From positions 124,001 through 188,000 of the forward strand of contig JAPEUD010000014.1 in assembly GCA_026026165.1 (NCBI GenBank): a stretch of 64,000 nt of DNA, in the 5' to 3' direction. Below are positions 26,051 through 38,773 of the stretch, piece by piece (positions within the stretch are counted from its first letter, which is position 1; each line of letters starts with the position of its first letter). A program made the position numbers and the translations under genes. The notes beneath the pieces were generated by a model. The model saw nothing but the letters and a program-made list of their open reading frames with translations. It did not search any database and was not told where the DNA came from. Origin of the DNA: Sarea resinae. Taxonomy: Eukaryota.

Positions 26051-26556
26051 CATCACTTCAACAATTTTTCCCTCTCGGCCCTTACAGATGCTATTTCATG
26101 TACCCCGTGCATCCCCTGCATCGTAGCTCTGCACTACGGTCTTCTTTCATCTTCGAAGTCGATGATGATGAATTTACTATATTGCTAGGGGGGGTTATCT
26201 TGGGACGGGGCAGGGGCGAAGATATGCCTCTCAAGACGGTGTGGATGGTGTGGATGACGAATTGATTTGCCGATTTGATTTCTCTTCGATGCTATACAAC
26301 CAAAATAGAAAAGACAATCGAGTATGCAAATATTCCCCCACAACAGCACGGGAAATGGCTCTTCGCGTACAGAGAATTACGGGCGGCCACACCTCGAGCC
26401 TTTCCAGCCTATGCCTTCTTCTTTCACGCCCGCGCGTTCTAAGATACACCCCGCATATATCACACGCTCGCGCCCCTGGACCCCTGGACCCCTCACTGCT
26501 TGTGTTGCAATTCTCTAGCGTACGCAGAGGAATTGTTGGTTAGCTGGCTGGCTGGC

Positions 26557-27246
26557 TTATTTGCTCTTGCTGGCGATCTTCTCCGTCTCTTCTTGTAGCT
26601 TCCGGATGTTGTCCTCGGTGGCCTTGATCTCGCCTCTGTCTGCTTTGACCTGAGAGATTGAGAAAAAGAGAGATTAGTGGGTTGGAAAGAAGAAAGACGA
26701 GAGGAGAAAGGGCAGTGCAATAGGACAGATACGGAGAAGGGCATGAAGTGGAAGGGAACGTACAATGGACTCGCTGTCGGATGCTAGCTTTGATGTCCAT
26801 TCGCCCTTGCCCTCCTTCTGCTTCTTCAATTGCTCTTTGTTGGATGCGTCGATCTCTTCTGCGCGGCCTTCGTGTTCTGTGAGGGACATCATTGAGGCGT
26901 TAGTGAGATTTGCCTGGTGGAGGAATCTGTCATGTTTTGAACAGGCACTGTGAAGTCGAATTGGAATGTGCAAAGCTTGGAAACTCGACAGAGAGCGATG
27001 TTTCTCAATCAAGACAATGCAGTCCAGAGTCGTAAATCCAACACTATCGAGAAACCAACAGGAAAAGCCCGACGATGAAGGCGAAGATGAAGATGAGACA
27101 GCCGCGAAACACTCACGTAGCGAAGACTCCTGGCCAGCCGGTCTGATGCAGCTGCCCGAAAAAGGTCTGACCGCGGACGAGATGTTGATGTTGGCGGCGG
27201 GCCGGACGAGCGGGCGAGCAGCCATTCTGCGGACGATGAAAGACAT
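26557..27246 (-). CDS. Small (~111 aa) uncharacterised protein with mitochondrial-presequence-like N-terminus
   Basis: Exons 27246-27117, 26876-26764, 26649-26557 give MSFIVRRMAARPLVRP..RPFSGSCIR..QHEGRAEEID..QLKKQKEGKGEWTSKLASDSESIVKADRGE..KLQEETEK. Arg-rich, acid-free N-terminus; canonical splice sites. Confidence 0.8.
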
Positions 27247-28134
27247 GTTGATGTTGTATTGAGGGCGTTGAAGGTGTTTAGGGTATTTAGTGATGGGAGA
27301 GGAGAGGAGCAATGGAGTCCGGGAAAGAAGTGTTGATGTGAAGATGGATGTGGATTGGGGAAGTAGCACCGTGTAATAAGGGACGAGTGATTGGTGATGG
27401 AGAAAGGTCGTCGAAGATTTAATGTGGTCGAGTACGAGTCGAGTAGAGTACAGTAGTAAGGCCAAGGTATGATGTATGATGGATGCTGGATGATGGGAGG
27501 CCGACCTCCTCCTCGGCAATGTTGATCCATCATTGAGTTCGTAGCGCACAAGTACAATTGCCATGCAAACTGCATGGGCATCTACCTGCGACCTACATGG
27601 CAAATGGAAGATAGACCGAGAATCGGGAACACCAAAAGAGCCATCGAGTCGAGGGGCCGGCTATGACATCATTGGCTAAGCGATCAATATCGAGAGCTAC
27701 GGGAGCCAAGGGCTATCCACTCTGACTGAATCGGACAGGGACACGAATAACAGATTACGCAGGACACGACGACAGTGGCAGCTATGTTGACCACGAGCTA
27801 AAGACGTCACAACGAAATCGCATCTGGCTTCATGTATCTTTCATGGTTTCGAGTTCCTTCATCTATGGGTTATGGTATTGGCCTACCTACAGTTGGGCCA
27901 CCAGAGCACTTCCGGCGCTGTAGAGCTGGAAGAATAAGGTATTGTACAGGAAAGAGAATCTTTAGGAGATCCGGCTCGCAGTGGCAGCACCCGTCCCTTG
28001 CAGACGGGCGTCCGAGATGTTATATCTATAACGGGACAAGAGCTGAGCGAATATCGCCCGCACTCAAGGCCAAGGAAAATGTCATCGTAGACTTGTAAGA
28101 AGATTGGGTATCTTTTAGGAAATAAGTGGCATCG

Positions 28135-30128
28135 TCATCTTAGTCCCAACGCCTTCTTGGCGTTCTCATACACCACGTATGTCTAAGTCGCGAATTAGAT
28201 GTTGAAGACGTAGAGATCTGAAGGCCTGACTTACTATGGACACGGCCGGCACGACCTTTAGAAGGTTAGGTGTGATCCCCCTATAGAGACCCCGGAATCC
28301 TTCTCGTTGAAGCGTCCGGGTCGTAACATCTATTATGCCCGTGTATGTAGGGGGGTGGTTGACTGTACCTTGCGTCTGCAATCGAGTACGCAATAGATTT
28401 AGAGGGTAGACGATCGAGGCGCCCAAAGTTCCGCTGAAGGCACCAATTCCTGCCGTTGCCACGCTACTAAGGCCGGCGTCGTCTTCGTGACACCCTCTCA
28501 CGTGAGCATTGTGTGCCGTGATTGCCCGCTTCAGATACTCAAATGTCGAGAGATCGATGGCTGCGTATGGGAACATGCCAACCAGACCCATTGGAAGGCC
28601 ACGGTAGAAGGTTCGCAGCCCATGCATAACCCACATCTTCTTAGCAGTAGCAGCTATCAGTTTGGTACCGTGAGGGCCGCCTTCTACAGTTTCACACTGC
28701 ATTCGACTGCACCAAAGTAAGCCAGTAGCCCCATATTTCCTGCGCAGCACTTACAATTTCAGCGTGTCGATAGGATAGACAAAAAGCCTAGCACGATACA
28801 ATCAGCACAACGCAGAAGATATATCACAGCGAGCCTACGCACTGCGCCATCATTCCACCAATTCCACCAGCAAGGAATCTGGACCAAGGTTCGATCTTGT
28901 TTGGGTCTCCGTGCCCTTCGAAACGGGCAAGTACTCGTTTTGCAGCCTTTGAGACGATTAGCCGGAAAGATAACAGAGTCAAAACTTCATACCTCGTAGG
29001 AGCCAAATTTTATGGCCGACTCTGGCATGACCTTTACAACATTCAGGCCATTTCCTAAATGGTGAGCTATGAGCCTTACGGGTTGTTTGACAATCTACTG
29101 TACCTGCAAACATGCTCTGCATCCCTCCAGCTCGCCATAGCTCTTTGGTGGCCTGCCAAAGCGGCCTTCCGGCATTCTTCGCCGCGATCACTGGTTGGCC
29201 TTCTTTTGCGGCCGCGAGGGCTGGTTTTGAAAAGCCCGTCTGGGCAATCAGATAGACCTTCAATCGATCAAGGGGTGCCGTAGCTGTTCGAGACACTACT
29301 CCGGCAATGGCTCCAGCCAGAAAGTAACCTGAGACGTTTGAAATCGTAAGCTCGCCGTCGACTCCAGGAAGTACAAAATAAGCGTATTTCCAAATGCGCA
29401 CTGAAACGGGACACCATGATCCGTACCTAAACCCGTAATGGTATCCGCGCTGATACCAACGTCTCCTTCCGGGTCCACGAGAGTCGTTGACGAGTAATAG
29501 GAGAGAACCGCCCTCAAACCCGGCGTATTGACCGGGATGAAGAGAAGAAAGTTTCTGGTTTTGAATCAGCCTCCCTAAGCAACACAAAGCCGGAGCGCTC
29601 CTGTCTCACCTCCATTCTTCGAAACTTATTTCTCCATCTCGATCCGTATCAATCTCCTCGAAAAACCGGTCTAACTTCGTTCTAGGTACTGAGAGGCCTG
29701 CGCGATGAAATGCAACCTCTAACTCTCCCTTGTCGAGTTTGCCGTTGTGATCGTGATCGATGCTGTCGAACAACAATTGTAGCTCCTTTTCGGTCTCGGA
29801 CACAAATGTGTGAAATTCTGATTCAGTCAGTCACAGAACCTGACACGGGCAACAGTATCATCGCACCGTGGTATTGTATGTATCCATCGTTGTTAGTGTC
29901 GATAGCTCGCATGATATTCTCTAGCATATGGTCCGCATTTTTCAAGGCTTTTTTGATAGTCAGCATCTAACCAGCAGAGAGGCGGCAGTATTCCAACTCA
30001 CGGTGATCCATTTTCTTCAACCCTCTCTTTAACCCATTGAGGTCTAGGTGTCCCTCCTTCTGGGTGTCCAACGTCCTCCATAACGCCTCCACCCTTGCAT
30101 CCAGCTGATTCTGAGATTCATACCTCAT
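28135..30128 (-). CDS. SAL1: Ca2+-binding mitochondrial ATP-Mg/Pi carrier (SCaMC/Sal1)
   Basis: Multi-exon. N-terminal EF-hands (DTNNDGYIQY, DHDHNGKLDKGE, DTDRDGEISFEEW) then carrier repeats GYFLAGAIAGVVSRTATAPLDRLK, YPIDTLK, YPLNLLRTRLQ, GLYRGITPNLLKVVP. Confidence 0.93.
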
Positions 30129-33100
30129 GGTGTCTGGAGCGAGGTGGGCTATCCTATCGCTCCGCCTTCATGACTGCATCTAAATGCAGAGGTGGATCAA
30201 AGTGTGCCTCCAAGGCACGCAAGACGTCCCGAGTAGCCCGGTCAAATAGATGGAGATGCACGATCAATCATTGGTGGTCGCGACTGAGGCTGAACGGTTC
30301 ACAGAAAGAATCTTGGCGGGACAAATAATTGCACAACGGGTGTGAGGTCAGATCGTCGAGTTCGGAAGCGAGCAATTTCGCGACGGTTCGGGTAAGGCAC
30401 GCGAATTGAACCAGTCGACAGCGACGTATTCCGAGTGCCCTGGATAACGGCAGCAAACATCAAAGGTCACGGCGTTCTGCACTCCTACATTTGAGACTAC
30501 TACTGTCGTCGGCCTTGTGGCTTGAGGAACGGCATTGCATCTGGGAGAATTCTCCGATATCAAGATGCAAGGCATCCAGAGCAGATTGGAAATTTCAATA
30601 TCTCGGCCGATTTATGCCATGTATGCATGCAGTGACTCCTTCGGTCCGCGATTGCGGAGTAGGTGCCTCGAGCAGGCTCAACCTTTCAAGATCTCCCCGG
30701 CCATCAAAATGCTGCGAGATGACCTACTATCCATCTTATGCGAAAGTTCTCAAATTTACAGCGGACGAAGGTGCTCCTTTTCTCAAGACCGCAGACCCTA
30801 GATCATCTAACAGTACACTGTATGAAGGACGCCTCTTCGCGAACCACAGAATATCACTGTAGAAGTAAAATAGAGGTGTGTCCTATCCAAACGGCTCAGT
30901 CTAGGATCTTCAAAACGCAGTTGAAAATCAGGCACATTTGCTCTCTGATTCGCTTCTTTACACTCTGTAAGGCACGCAAACAAGGGCTTTATATGGAACT
31001 GTCATTGCCTTTCAATTTCAAGATATGTAAACTTTGATAACAAGAGGCGCGCTGCTGTATACACGGGGATAACAGAAGTCTGCGTACAGTCACTAAATTG
31101 CTGCAAAACATAAGGCAAGCATCTACTAAAAGTCATCTAAAATTTACCACACTATCTTAGGTTACAAATATTCTACCAAGGACGTGTTTAAATAGTGGGA
31201 AATCCTTGTCTATTATAACATGACCTGGAAATTACTCTGTTGTGAGAAATAAAGGAGAAATTTTAGCATTATTATTTAGAAGTGCCTCTACACACAATTT
31301 GGTTGAAGAGGTTCTTTATAAATGTACGTAAACTACTGTCATCCCGCGATAGTAGGCAATCAGTCATTGATACCGAGTAATAAGCCATACTTGAAGGAGA
31401 CAGACTTAGCGATAACAGCATTCAGAGTCCATGGCTTAGGAGTACTATTCAAGATTCAACCTCCGGCAATGTGAATTGATAGCTGCAAAGTCAAAGACCT
31501 TGTATAATCCCACAGATTGATGAGGTCTCAACGTTGCTTAATCGCTATCTCCTCACTATCTACTACTACGTTTTTATATCGATGCCTACAGACGAACTCA
31601 GGAGCAAGCAATGAGTCGGCATCACTAGTGTTCCAGGATATTCGACACAAGAGCTTGGATTGGCAAAGCAAAGGGGATGACACGAATAGTAGACGGCGAG
31701 CACAGAGCAAAAGGGGGCCGATTCAAGTAAGAAGCACCACACCCGTATGTATGCGACGATTCTCACGATATTGAGGCCGGGAACAGAGATCTAGAAGCCT
31801 TTCCACGCGAATCGAAAGAGCATGGGGAAAGTCATGTCTTATGTAGGTCTCCAGCGCCGCAAGTAAAACACGCTTTATCTTCGCAGACAGTCGGGTTTAA
31901 CACAGTTGAATGCACGTAGGAGCACATGCTTGTAGCAATTCAACCGGGTGGCTAAATCGTATCTTATCGAGAGATTCAATCGCGAAGACGCCATACAAAT
32001 CTTGGTCATAGCCGGAGATCATATGGACAATGAAGATCGAGTAAAACTTTCAGTGGTCAGAAACTAGCAAAATCAAGCGAAATTTGCGGCAACGATGTGC
32101 GGCTTGCTAATTCGCGAGCTTCTAGTGAGGAGTAAGAAAAAAAACAAGCGCCGAAAGTGGCATATTACATGGAAGGGCGGTGAACAGTCGGTTGGTAAAG
32201 ACTCACGATCCTATGGCATTTGGAGTCGTAGCTTGCCCCGTAGGCGATTGTATGCGGGTCAGTCGAAGCTAATGCAGGTTCTATTACGGGCCACGGTTGC
32301 ACGGATGGCCGCCAGCCACGAGCATCATGAATGACTACCGGCCAGCTCGGATACCTGAATGGACTGTTCTCATGCTGGTGAGTGAAGGAACGTTTCCGTC
32401 CGTAGCCTAGAATCTGATGTTTGATCTTTCGAAAGGATTCGACAGCGCCAAAGAGCCCTGGACCGTTTGTCTTGGTCGTGCAGTGCACAGCTGGAGTAGC
32501 AGTACCGCCGAGTAGAGTAACGGAAATAGTTCGGCTTATGTCATATGTACAGAGAAGCCAGGTACGACGAGTACGGAGTTAGCGCTGTCGACGCTGGAAC
32601 CTGTCACGATGCCAAAACCGTTGTGTGTACGGAGGATGAGACCTCATACACAAACAGCTTCAGACCCATGTGTCGAGCATGCAGCAGGGAGACTCCCAAG
32701 TATCCGCAAACGCCTACGGAGTACTCCGGAGTAGATGGCAGGTCAGTTCGAGCTGCAATATCTGATGCAAGGCAATGGTAGCACGAGCAATAGAGTAGAG
32801 TAGAGTACTATGTACAATGTGCATCAAGATGCAGCAGTAGTGGGCATTGGGGAGCGATAGGGACAGTGAGAGCAGAGTCGCAGCGAAAAAGAGGCGGTGG
32901 CAGGGCGAGGCTGCAGCACGAGAGATCCTTGACAGATGGATACCTTTGTGGACTCAGGTATGTACAAGAATACACGGTCGATTTCCCCATCTAGCGAGAG
33001 GTACTCCGGAGTAGACGTACGAAACACATTCGTCGCGGGAGTGGTAACGCAGGAGAGCACAATCCCTTGGCTAAGCTCTGGCTGATGGGGTTGCGGATTG

Positions 33101-34372
33101 CAGATGGGGAGACATGGATTGTGACGCCAGAAGGGCAAGCGTGAGGGCGTGCGAGGGCAGATGATGAGCTGCAGAGGGTCAGAACGAATCACAAGCCACG
33201 ATCTTCGGCGGCCGCGCTAAATGCCTAGTACTGCGCAGTACAGAGTACATAGCAGAGTACAGTGCTCCGGAGTAGGGAGCTGCGATGGATAGGGACGGAT
33301 CCAGCCAATGTATCTCCAGAGACCAGACCCACCCTGATGTCCCCCTCCAGGTTCGCATGCGTCAGTGGTCGCGGGTACGCCGTCAGCAAGTCACCCGAAG
33401 GGCCCCGTTACTCCAGCCCGCGACGGAGGAATGGCGCGACTGCAAGTATGGGGTACTCGTGCAGGGCCTGTTCGAGGAGTCGCTGGCCGCCCTTTTCGCC
33501 ACCGCATTATTGCTCTACTAATCAAGTACGCAGTACATGCACTGTGCACCGGATGTACCGCCCCGTGACCAATGAAAGTACCGCTGACCCTGCCGCTTTG
33601 CTCCGACGGCCTCGACAATGGCCCTCCAGCTACCGCTTCGTGCGCGGATGATACCTCACCCATCACCACAATCTGTATTAGGGCATCCGGTATCGTGCTG
33701 GATCGTACAGGTCTCGGTCCGGCTGTCGCTACGGGGCGGCCATGGTCGAGGTACTTGTTATGAATGCGCTCGTCGACCTCCCTCGTCTCCCCCTACTCAC
33801 ATACTCGCTCGCCATTCGTACTCGTCTCGAACTCTAGCTTTGCTCTTCTCGCCCTCTCACTGGTTCGACTCTTTATCCCTCGCTCTCTCGCTCTTCCGCC
33901 TCTTGCTTTACCCACCCCATTCCCCCCCCCCCACCTCCATCACCCATCCGCCTACATAGCCCAACCGCCTTCTTCCATCTCTCGTTCATCTGTTCGACTT
34001 CATCCCAGCCGTCTCTCCCTCCTCCCACCTTCTCAACCATCGCCATTCTGCCGATTTGCTCATAATCAACCATTCTCGACCCCTCTCTCATCAACGAAAG
34101 ATATAATCAGCCGACCTAAATTGCTTTACTCTCATCATTAATTCTATAACAAGTCGTATATGACAGCGTTGCAATTCCGGCCTTCGTATCGCCTTCGACT
34201 TGTTCTTTACATGTAGCTACAGTCAACGACGAGTGACTTCCTACTGTATTCGCTCCGCCAACAGACAGCCTCGCGAAGATTCAACTCTTGCAACAGCGTC
34301 GATCCTCCTCGAAAGCTAGTCGATTAAAGCAATATTGCCCTTTTTCCAACTGGTCAATTTGAGCAGCGATTC

Positions 34373-35060
34373 ATGATGTCGGCGTATTATTTTGGCGCTC
34401 AACAGCACCCTTCGTCGGCACATTCCTCGCTTTCATCGTCGTCAAATCATAACCACCATGGCGGTCGCTCGCGTAGGGCTCCACGTCTCAGTCCTTCTCA
34501 AAACTCTCAAAAGCAATTTCGAGGTGTCAAGAGCATGAAGGAGCTGACAGAGGCTGCCTCAGTGACTGCATTTCGCGCCCGCTTCGAGGCAGGCAGGTCG
34601 TTTGACTTGGATGACGACTTGGAATTCTGCCCGGGCTTGTTGACCGAGGACGATGTAAGTTACCCGGACTGAAGGCTTTCATCTGATCTCCTTCATGATC
34701 AATTTGGTAGCACTGGGTGCTGATACCTTGGCGCAGTTGCACTCCATTCACTCATCTTCGTCGGATCGATCTTCTCTGTCTAGCGGCTCGCCGGAGTCGT
34801 CTCCTTTGCAACATCAAATCCAACCCACGCAGCAGGTGACGCCGAGCTTCTCTTTGTCGTCTGCTTCGCCGTCTTACATTCCTTCATCGGCGTATCATGG
34901 ATCTCTTAATCAAACCAAACTTCATCAACCATCCGCCGTACGAACCAGGAATGCCATTCCGATTGTCAACCCAAGTACGGGCATGCGCGTTGCAAGTCCA
35001 CCTTTATCGATTTCACCCGCCAGGATGCAGCAGCACAATCTCAGTCGACGAGCGTGGTAG
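34373..35060 (+). CDS. Uncharacterised Ser-rich protein (~201 aa) with RFEAGRSFDLDDDLEFCPGLL core
   Basis: Exons 34373-34654 and 34737-35060 joined in frame by a GTAAGT..GCTGAT..CAG intron. The core motif resembles hypothetical proteins I recall from other filamentous ascomycetes (not verified by search). Confidence 0.8.
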
Positions 35061-36554
35061 GCCCGGCCGTCTGCTTCGAGCCTTCGAATTGGTGCCTCTA
35101 CTCGCGTTGCTTGACACGTTCATTTCTCATGCTGGCGGGACCCAAATGTTTGATCGACTTCACGACTATACTTGACCGACCCATTGTCAATCTTCAACTC
35201 AAACGAATCTCTTTGTACAAACAATCGATGCGACAAATCCTCCACACACCAACACCTCTATTCATTTGAGCAACGGCGTGGACATACAACGAGTTCGATT
35301 AATGTGTCCAATTACTGCATTTGGTGTTCTCTCGGCATCTGTTTCGACCGGCCCAGGCGGCGGGGGCGGGGGTGCCATTTAGGTTCTTATATCCCAGGAA
35401 AGGAGTATCTCGAAGACTTCGGCAAAAGACACTTCACTACTTCTGTTGATTTGACTTGGCTTTTGGGGCGGCGCGGCATCTACAAGTGGAATTTCTGGAT
35501 CTGGTATCGCATCTATAAAGTGGCGGGACTGGGTTTGTCTTATTGCGTTTCGCCGAATTGGATTTTTCTCGCGCCCGTGGTCGCGGGCGGCGGGTAGCGG
35601 GGTGGTGTTGTATGTTGCAAGGTGTTATCGTTTCGTCCTTTCCTCTTCATTATATCATCCGTGCTATTTTGGCAGGAAAGAGAAAGATCTCCTTTGTGTG
35701 TTGGTCGTCGGGTCGTCGTTGGTGATTATTTTGTTCCGTTCTGGTCAAATATACCTCGGCGAAAATGTTGTCTGTATCTCTCTTACTACGTTGTCTTTTC
35801 TCGTACGTACAAAACTCGCCAAAACGGGTCTGGTTGTTTGGCTGGCTGGCTGGAGCCCAGGTGGGCGGGCGGGCGGCTGCATGGTATGGCTACAGCGAAC
35901 CAAGGGGGTGTTCGCGAATGAACCTGATGATGATCCCTTTCTTCTGGAATCTTATCCGATATTTATCGATTGACATTTCTTGCCGAGCTCGCTCTCATCG
36001 TTTTGTATCGTTCTTGTGCGGGGATGGATGGATTGGCCGCCTCCGTGGTTGGCTTGTCTTATCTTACCATACCTTTTGGCTAGCAAGCTGGCTATCTATT
36101 CCGTTGGGAGATATACTTTCTATCTAGATTACAGTAAATATGATTGTTTACAGATTTTGTTATAGATTGCATTCCGCCGTTGTCCCGTATTCTTCTGACA
36201 TTGTTGTGTCGTGGTGAGGACCCGTAATGCGTGAGTGAGCGAGTGAGCGATTGAGATCAGAAAGGAGAAGGCAGAAGGCAGAACAGGCGTCTCTCTCTTC
36301 TTGAGTAGTCGGTCAATGGAAAAGGACTTGTGATCCTAAGTTAGCATGTAACTGACAGGTATATAGATAGCTAAGACGTTCGGACTTGTAGAATCCTTCT
36401 TTTTCTTGCTTCCTTTTCCTTGTTATAATATATAATATATAAGCGATCTATCGTTAATAGAGCAGTATATTATTATGATATATATATAACCTTATATTCT
36501 AAAGAATTTGATCTATTAGATATTTAGGTATGGAGAGTGTGTAGGTGTTTTGTA

Positions 36555-36606
36555 TAGAGTAGAGTAGAGTAGAGTAGAGTAGAGTAGAGTAGAGTAGACT
36601 GTAGAG
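36555..36606. repeat. (AGAGT)n pentanucleotide microsatellite inside an AT/TpA-rich patch
   Basis: About 9 tandem AGAGT units. The same unit occurs in shorter arrays at ~64-80, ~11300 and ~32790. Confidence 0.9.
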
Positions 36607-37110
36607 TGGAATGAATTATATTTTATCTGATAAGGTTTGAGTTAAGGGGTTGAGAGGGGAGGAGGGTATTGGGGGGAAGGGGGTGTGATCATCGTATGCT
36701 AGTCTCGGAATGGGGATCTCGGTGTATTCTCATATACCTTATGCATAACACTGTACACATGACGGATGAAGGATGTGGTGATGGGATGACGAATAGGTCA
36801 TAGATTTTAGAAACGATGTATTTGGACACGCGACTATTTCCTTGGAGACTTTGTAGGTCAAAGAGGAAACATGTACGATAGAACGCGCTATCGCCCCTAT
36901 CCGTTGAATTTCAAATCATAGATAAATACGCCTTGGGGTTTTTGCTTTGATGAGAAATGGTGATCAAATCCGTGAGTGCGCCTGGTCCATGGCCGAGAAC
37001 ACCGATGGATATGCAATTGGGTCAAAGACAAGGATGGGATGGAGGAGGTGATGAGTGGGAAGTTGGTGGTGGGAAGTGAAGAGAGAAGGGAGAAGAAAGG
37101 GCGCAGAAAA

Positions 37111-38526
37111 TCATGACTTCCTGACGACCTTGACGCCGCTGTTGCTCATCGGCATCGAAACCCCCCTCGGCGGTCTTTTACCCCCTTCGTCATCATCGTC
37201 GTCGTCGTCATTCTCGTTTCCTCTCGATCCGTCCACCCGCGTAGAAGAAGCAGACTCCCTCTCGGCATCCCTCTTGATCCTCTCCGCCTCCTCCTCCCAC
37301 GCCTTCCGCTCGGCCTCGTCAAACTCGTCCCGCCGATCGATCCACCGCTCCTGCACATCGCGCACGTCCATCTCGCCAATGCCCTCGCGCATCGCAACCT
37401 GCCACACGGTATCGTTGGCACCTTCGGCGCTGCCAAAGGCATAGCCGCCCGCCCGATCGATGGAGCGTAGCAGGTGCATCATGCTCGTTTTGTCCTCGAC
37501 GGCCAGCGTCTCGAAGCCGACGAGGTTGAAGTCCTGCACGAGCTCGACGATGGCGGCGTTCAGCGCGCCGAATTTGGTGCTGAGATGCGGCGATTCCGCT
37601 TCGAGGTGCGGCAGGAGGTATGTTAGGTCTTGTGGCTCGGTGTAGAAGTCGAGGTTGAATGGCAGAGGCGGGTAGGTGGCGAGATTGTCGATTTTCGTGA
37701 GCACGTTTAGGTGTGGTAGGGAGAGTTGCAACATGCTGCGTAGGGAGAGGAGGAGGGTGGAGATGTAGAGGGAGGGCAGCGTTAGGGCGTGCGAGTCGGT
37801 GAGGTGGATGGCTACGAGCTGTTGTTTATGGGAGGTGAGGTCAGTTTGGGGTGGTGGGGGGGAGAGTTGAATGAAGGACGAGGGGCCGCACTCTGTAGCC
37901 TAGTTTCTGGATGCGGTCGAAGATGTTCCGGAGAGAGGTGTGGTGGGTGAAGAGTTCGACTTGGCCAGGACAGTCGAAGAGGATATAATCATCTATTTCC
38001 CCCATCCATATCGCCGGTCAGCAACCTTTCTTCAAAGCGCCCCTTCTTTTCTTCTCCAGTAAGCAAGCCGTGCGCAACGAAGATGCGAACTGACCTTCCA
38101 GCTTCTTGAGCCCCTGCTCCAGCCACTCGAAGTTATTTTCTAGCTCTTCAAGTGCATAGAGCACGCCTCCATTCGGACCCAGCTCCTCTTCCTCCATGAT
38201 CTCGTCCAGCGTTACGAGATCGCGCACGTCGAGCGCGCAGGGGTACGAGGTGTGGTCATTGGCGGGGTCGAGGTTGACGACGGAGCATTTGCGCCCGATG
38301 GCGGACATGAACTGGTGCACTGGATATTGAAGCATTAGACCATATCCTCGAAGGGAGTCCAGGTTTCTGGAAGGCAAGAAGTGCAGAGGCATGACGCACT
38401 TCCATCGCAGTAGGTGGATTTGCCTGAGCCCGGCGGTCCGATGACCAGCTAGATCACAAGTGCAATATTAGAGAACAGCTATATCTAGTTTCTGAGCATC
38501 AAAAGACTCACTTGAGCGAACGGCAT
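37111..38526 (-). CDS. GPN2: GPN-loop GTPase 2
   Basis: Exons 38526-38512, 38448-38400, 38319-38095, 37992-37892, 37818-37111. MPFAQLVIGPPGSGKSTYC, VVNLDPAND, LGPNGG, FDCPGQVELFTHH, PHLNVLTKID. Confidence 0.95.
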
Positions 38527-38773
38527 GGTGGAGAGGCTTGGCTGTGTGAATATTGTCGGAAATGTTGTCGCGCGTAACGAAGCTGAAGGCGGAAGGCACA
38601 GTCAAAGCGGCAGAAAATAGAGTTGCCCGCGCCAAGAAATCTCACCGCAGAGCAGCACAAGCATCATCACCATCATCATCTTGCATGCAACAACAACCCA
38701 CCAACTACAAAATTAGACAAAGATATTTCCATTTCATCGCTCTCCACCTACTACCCCATAATCCTCGCTCAAT

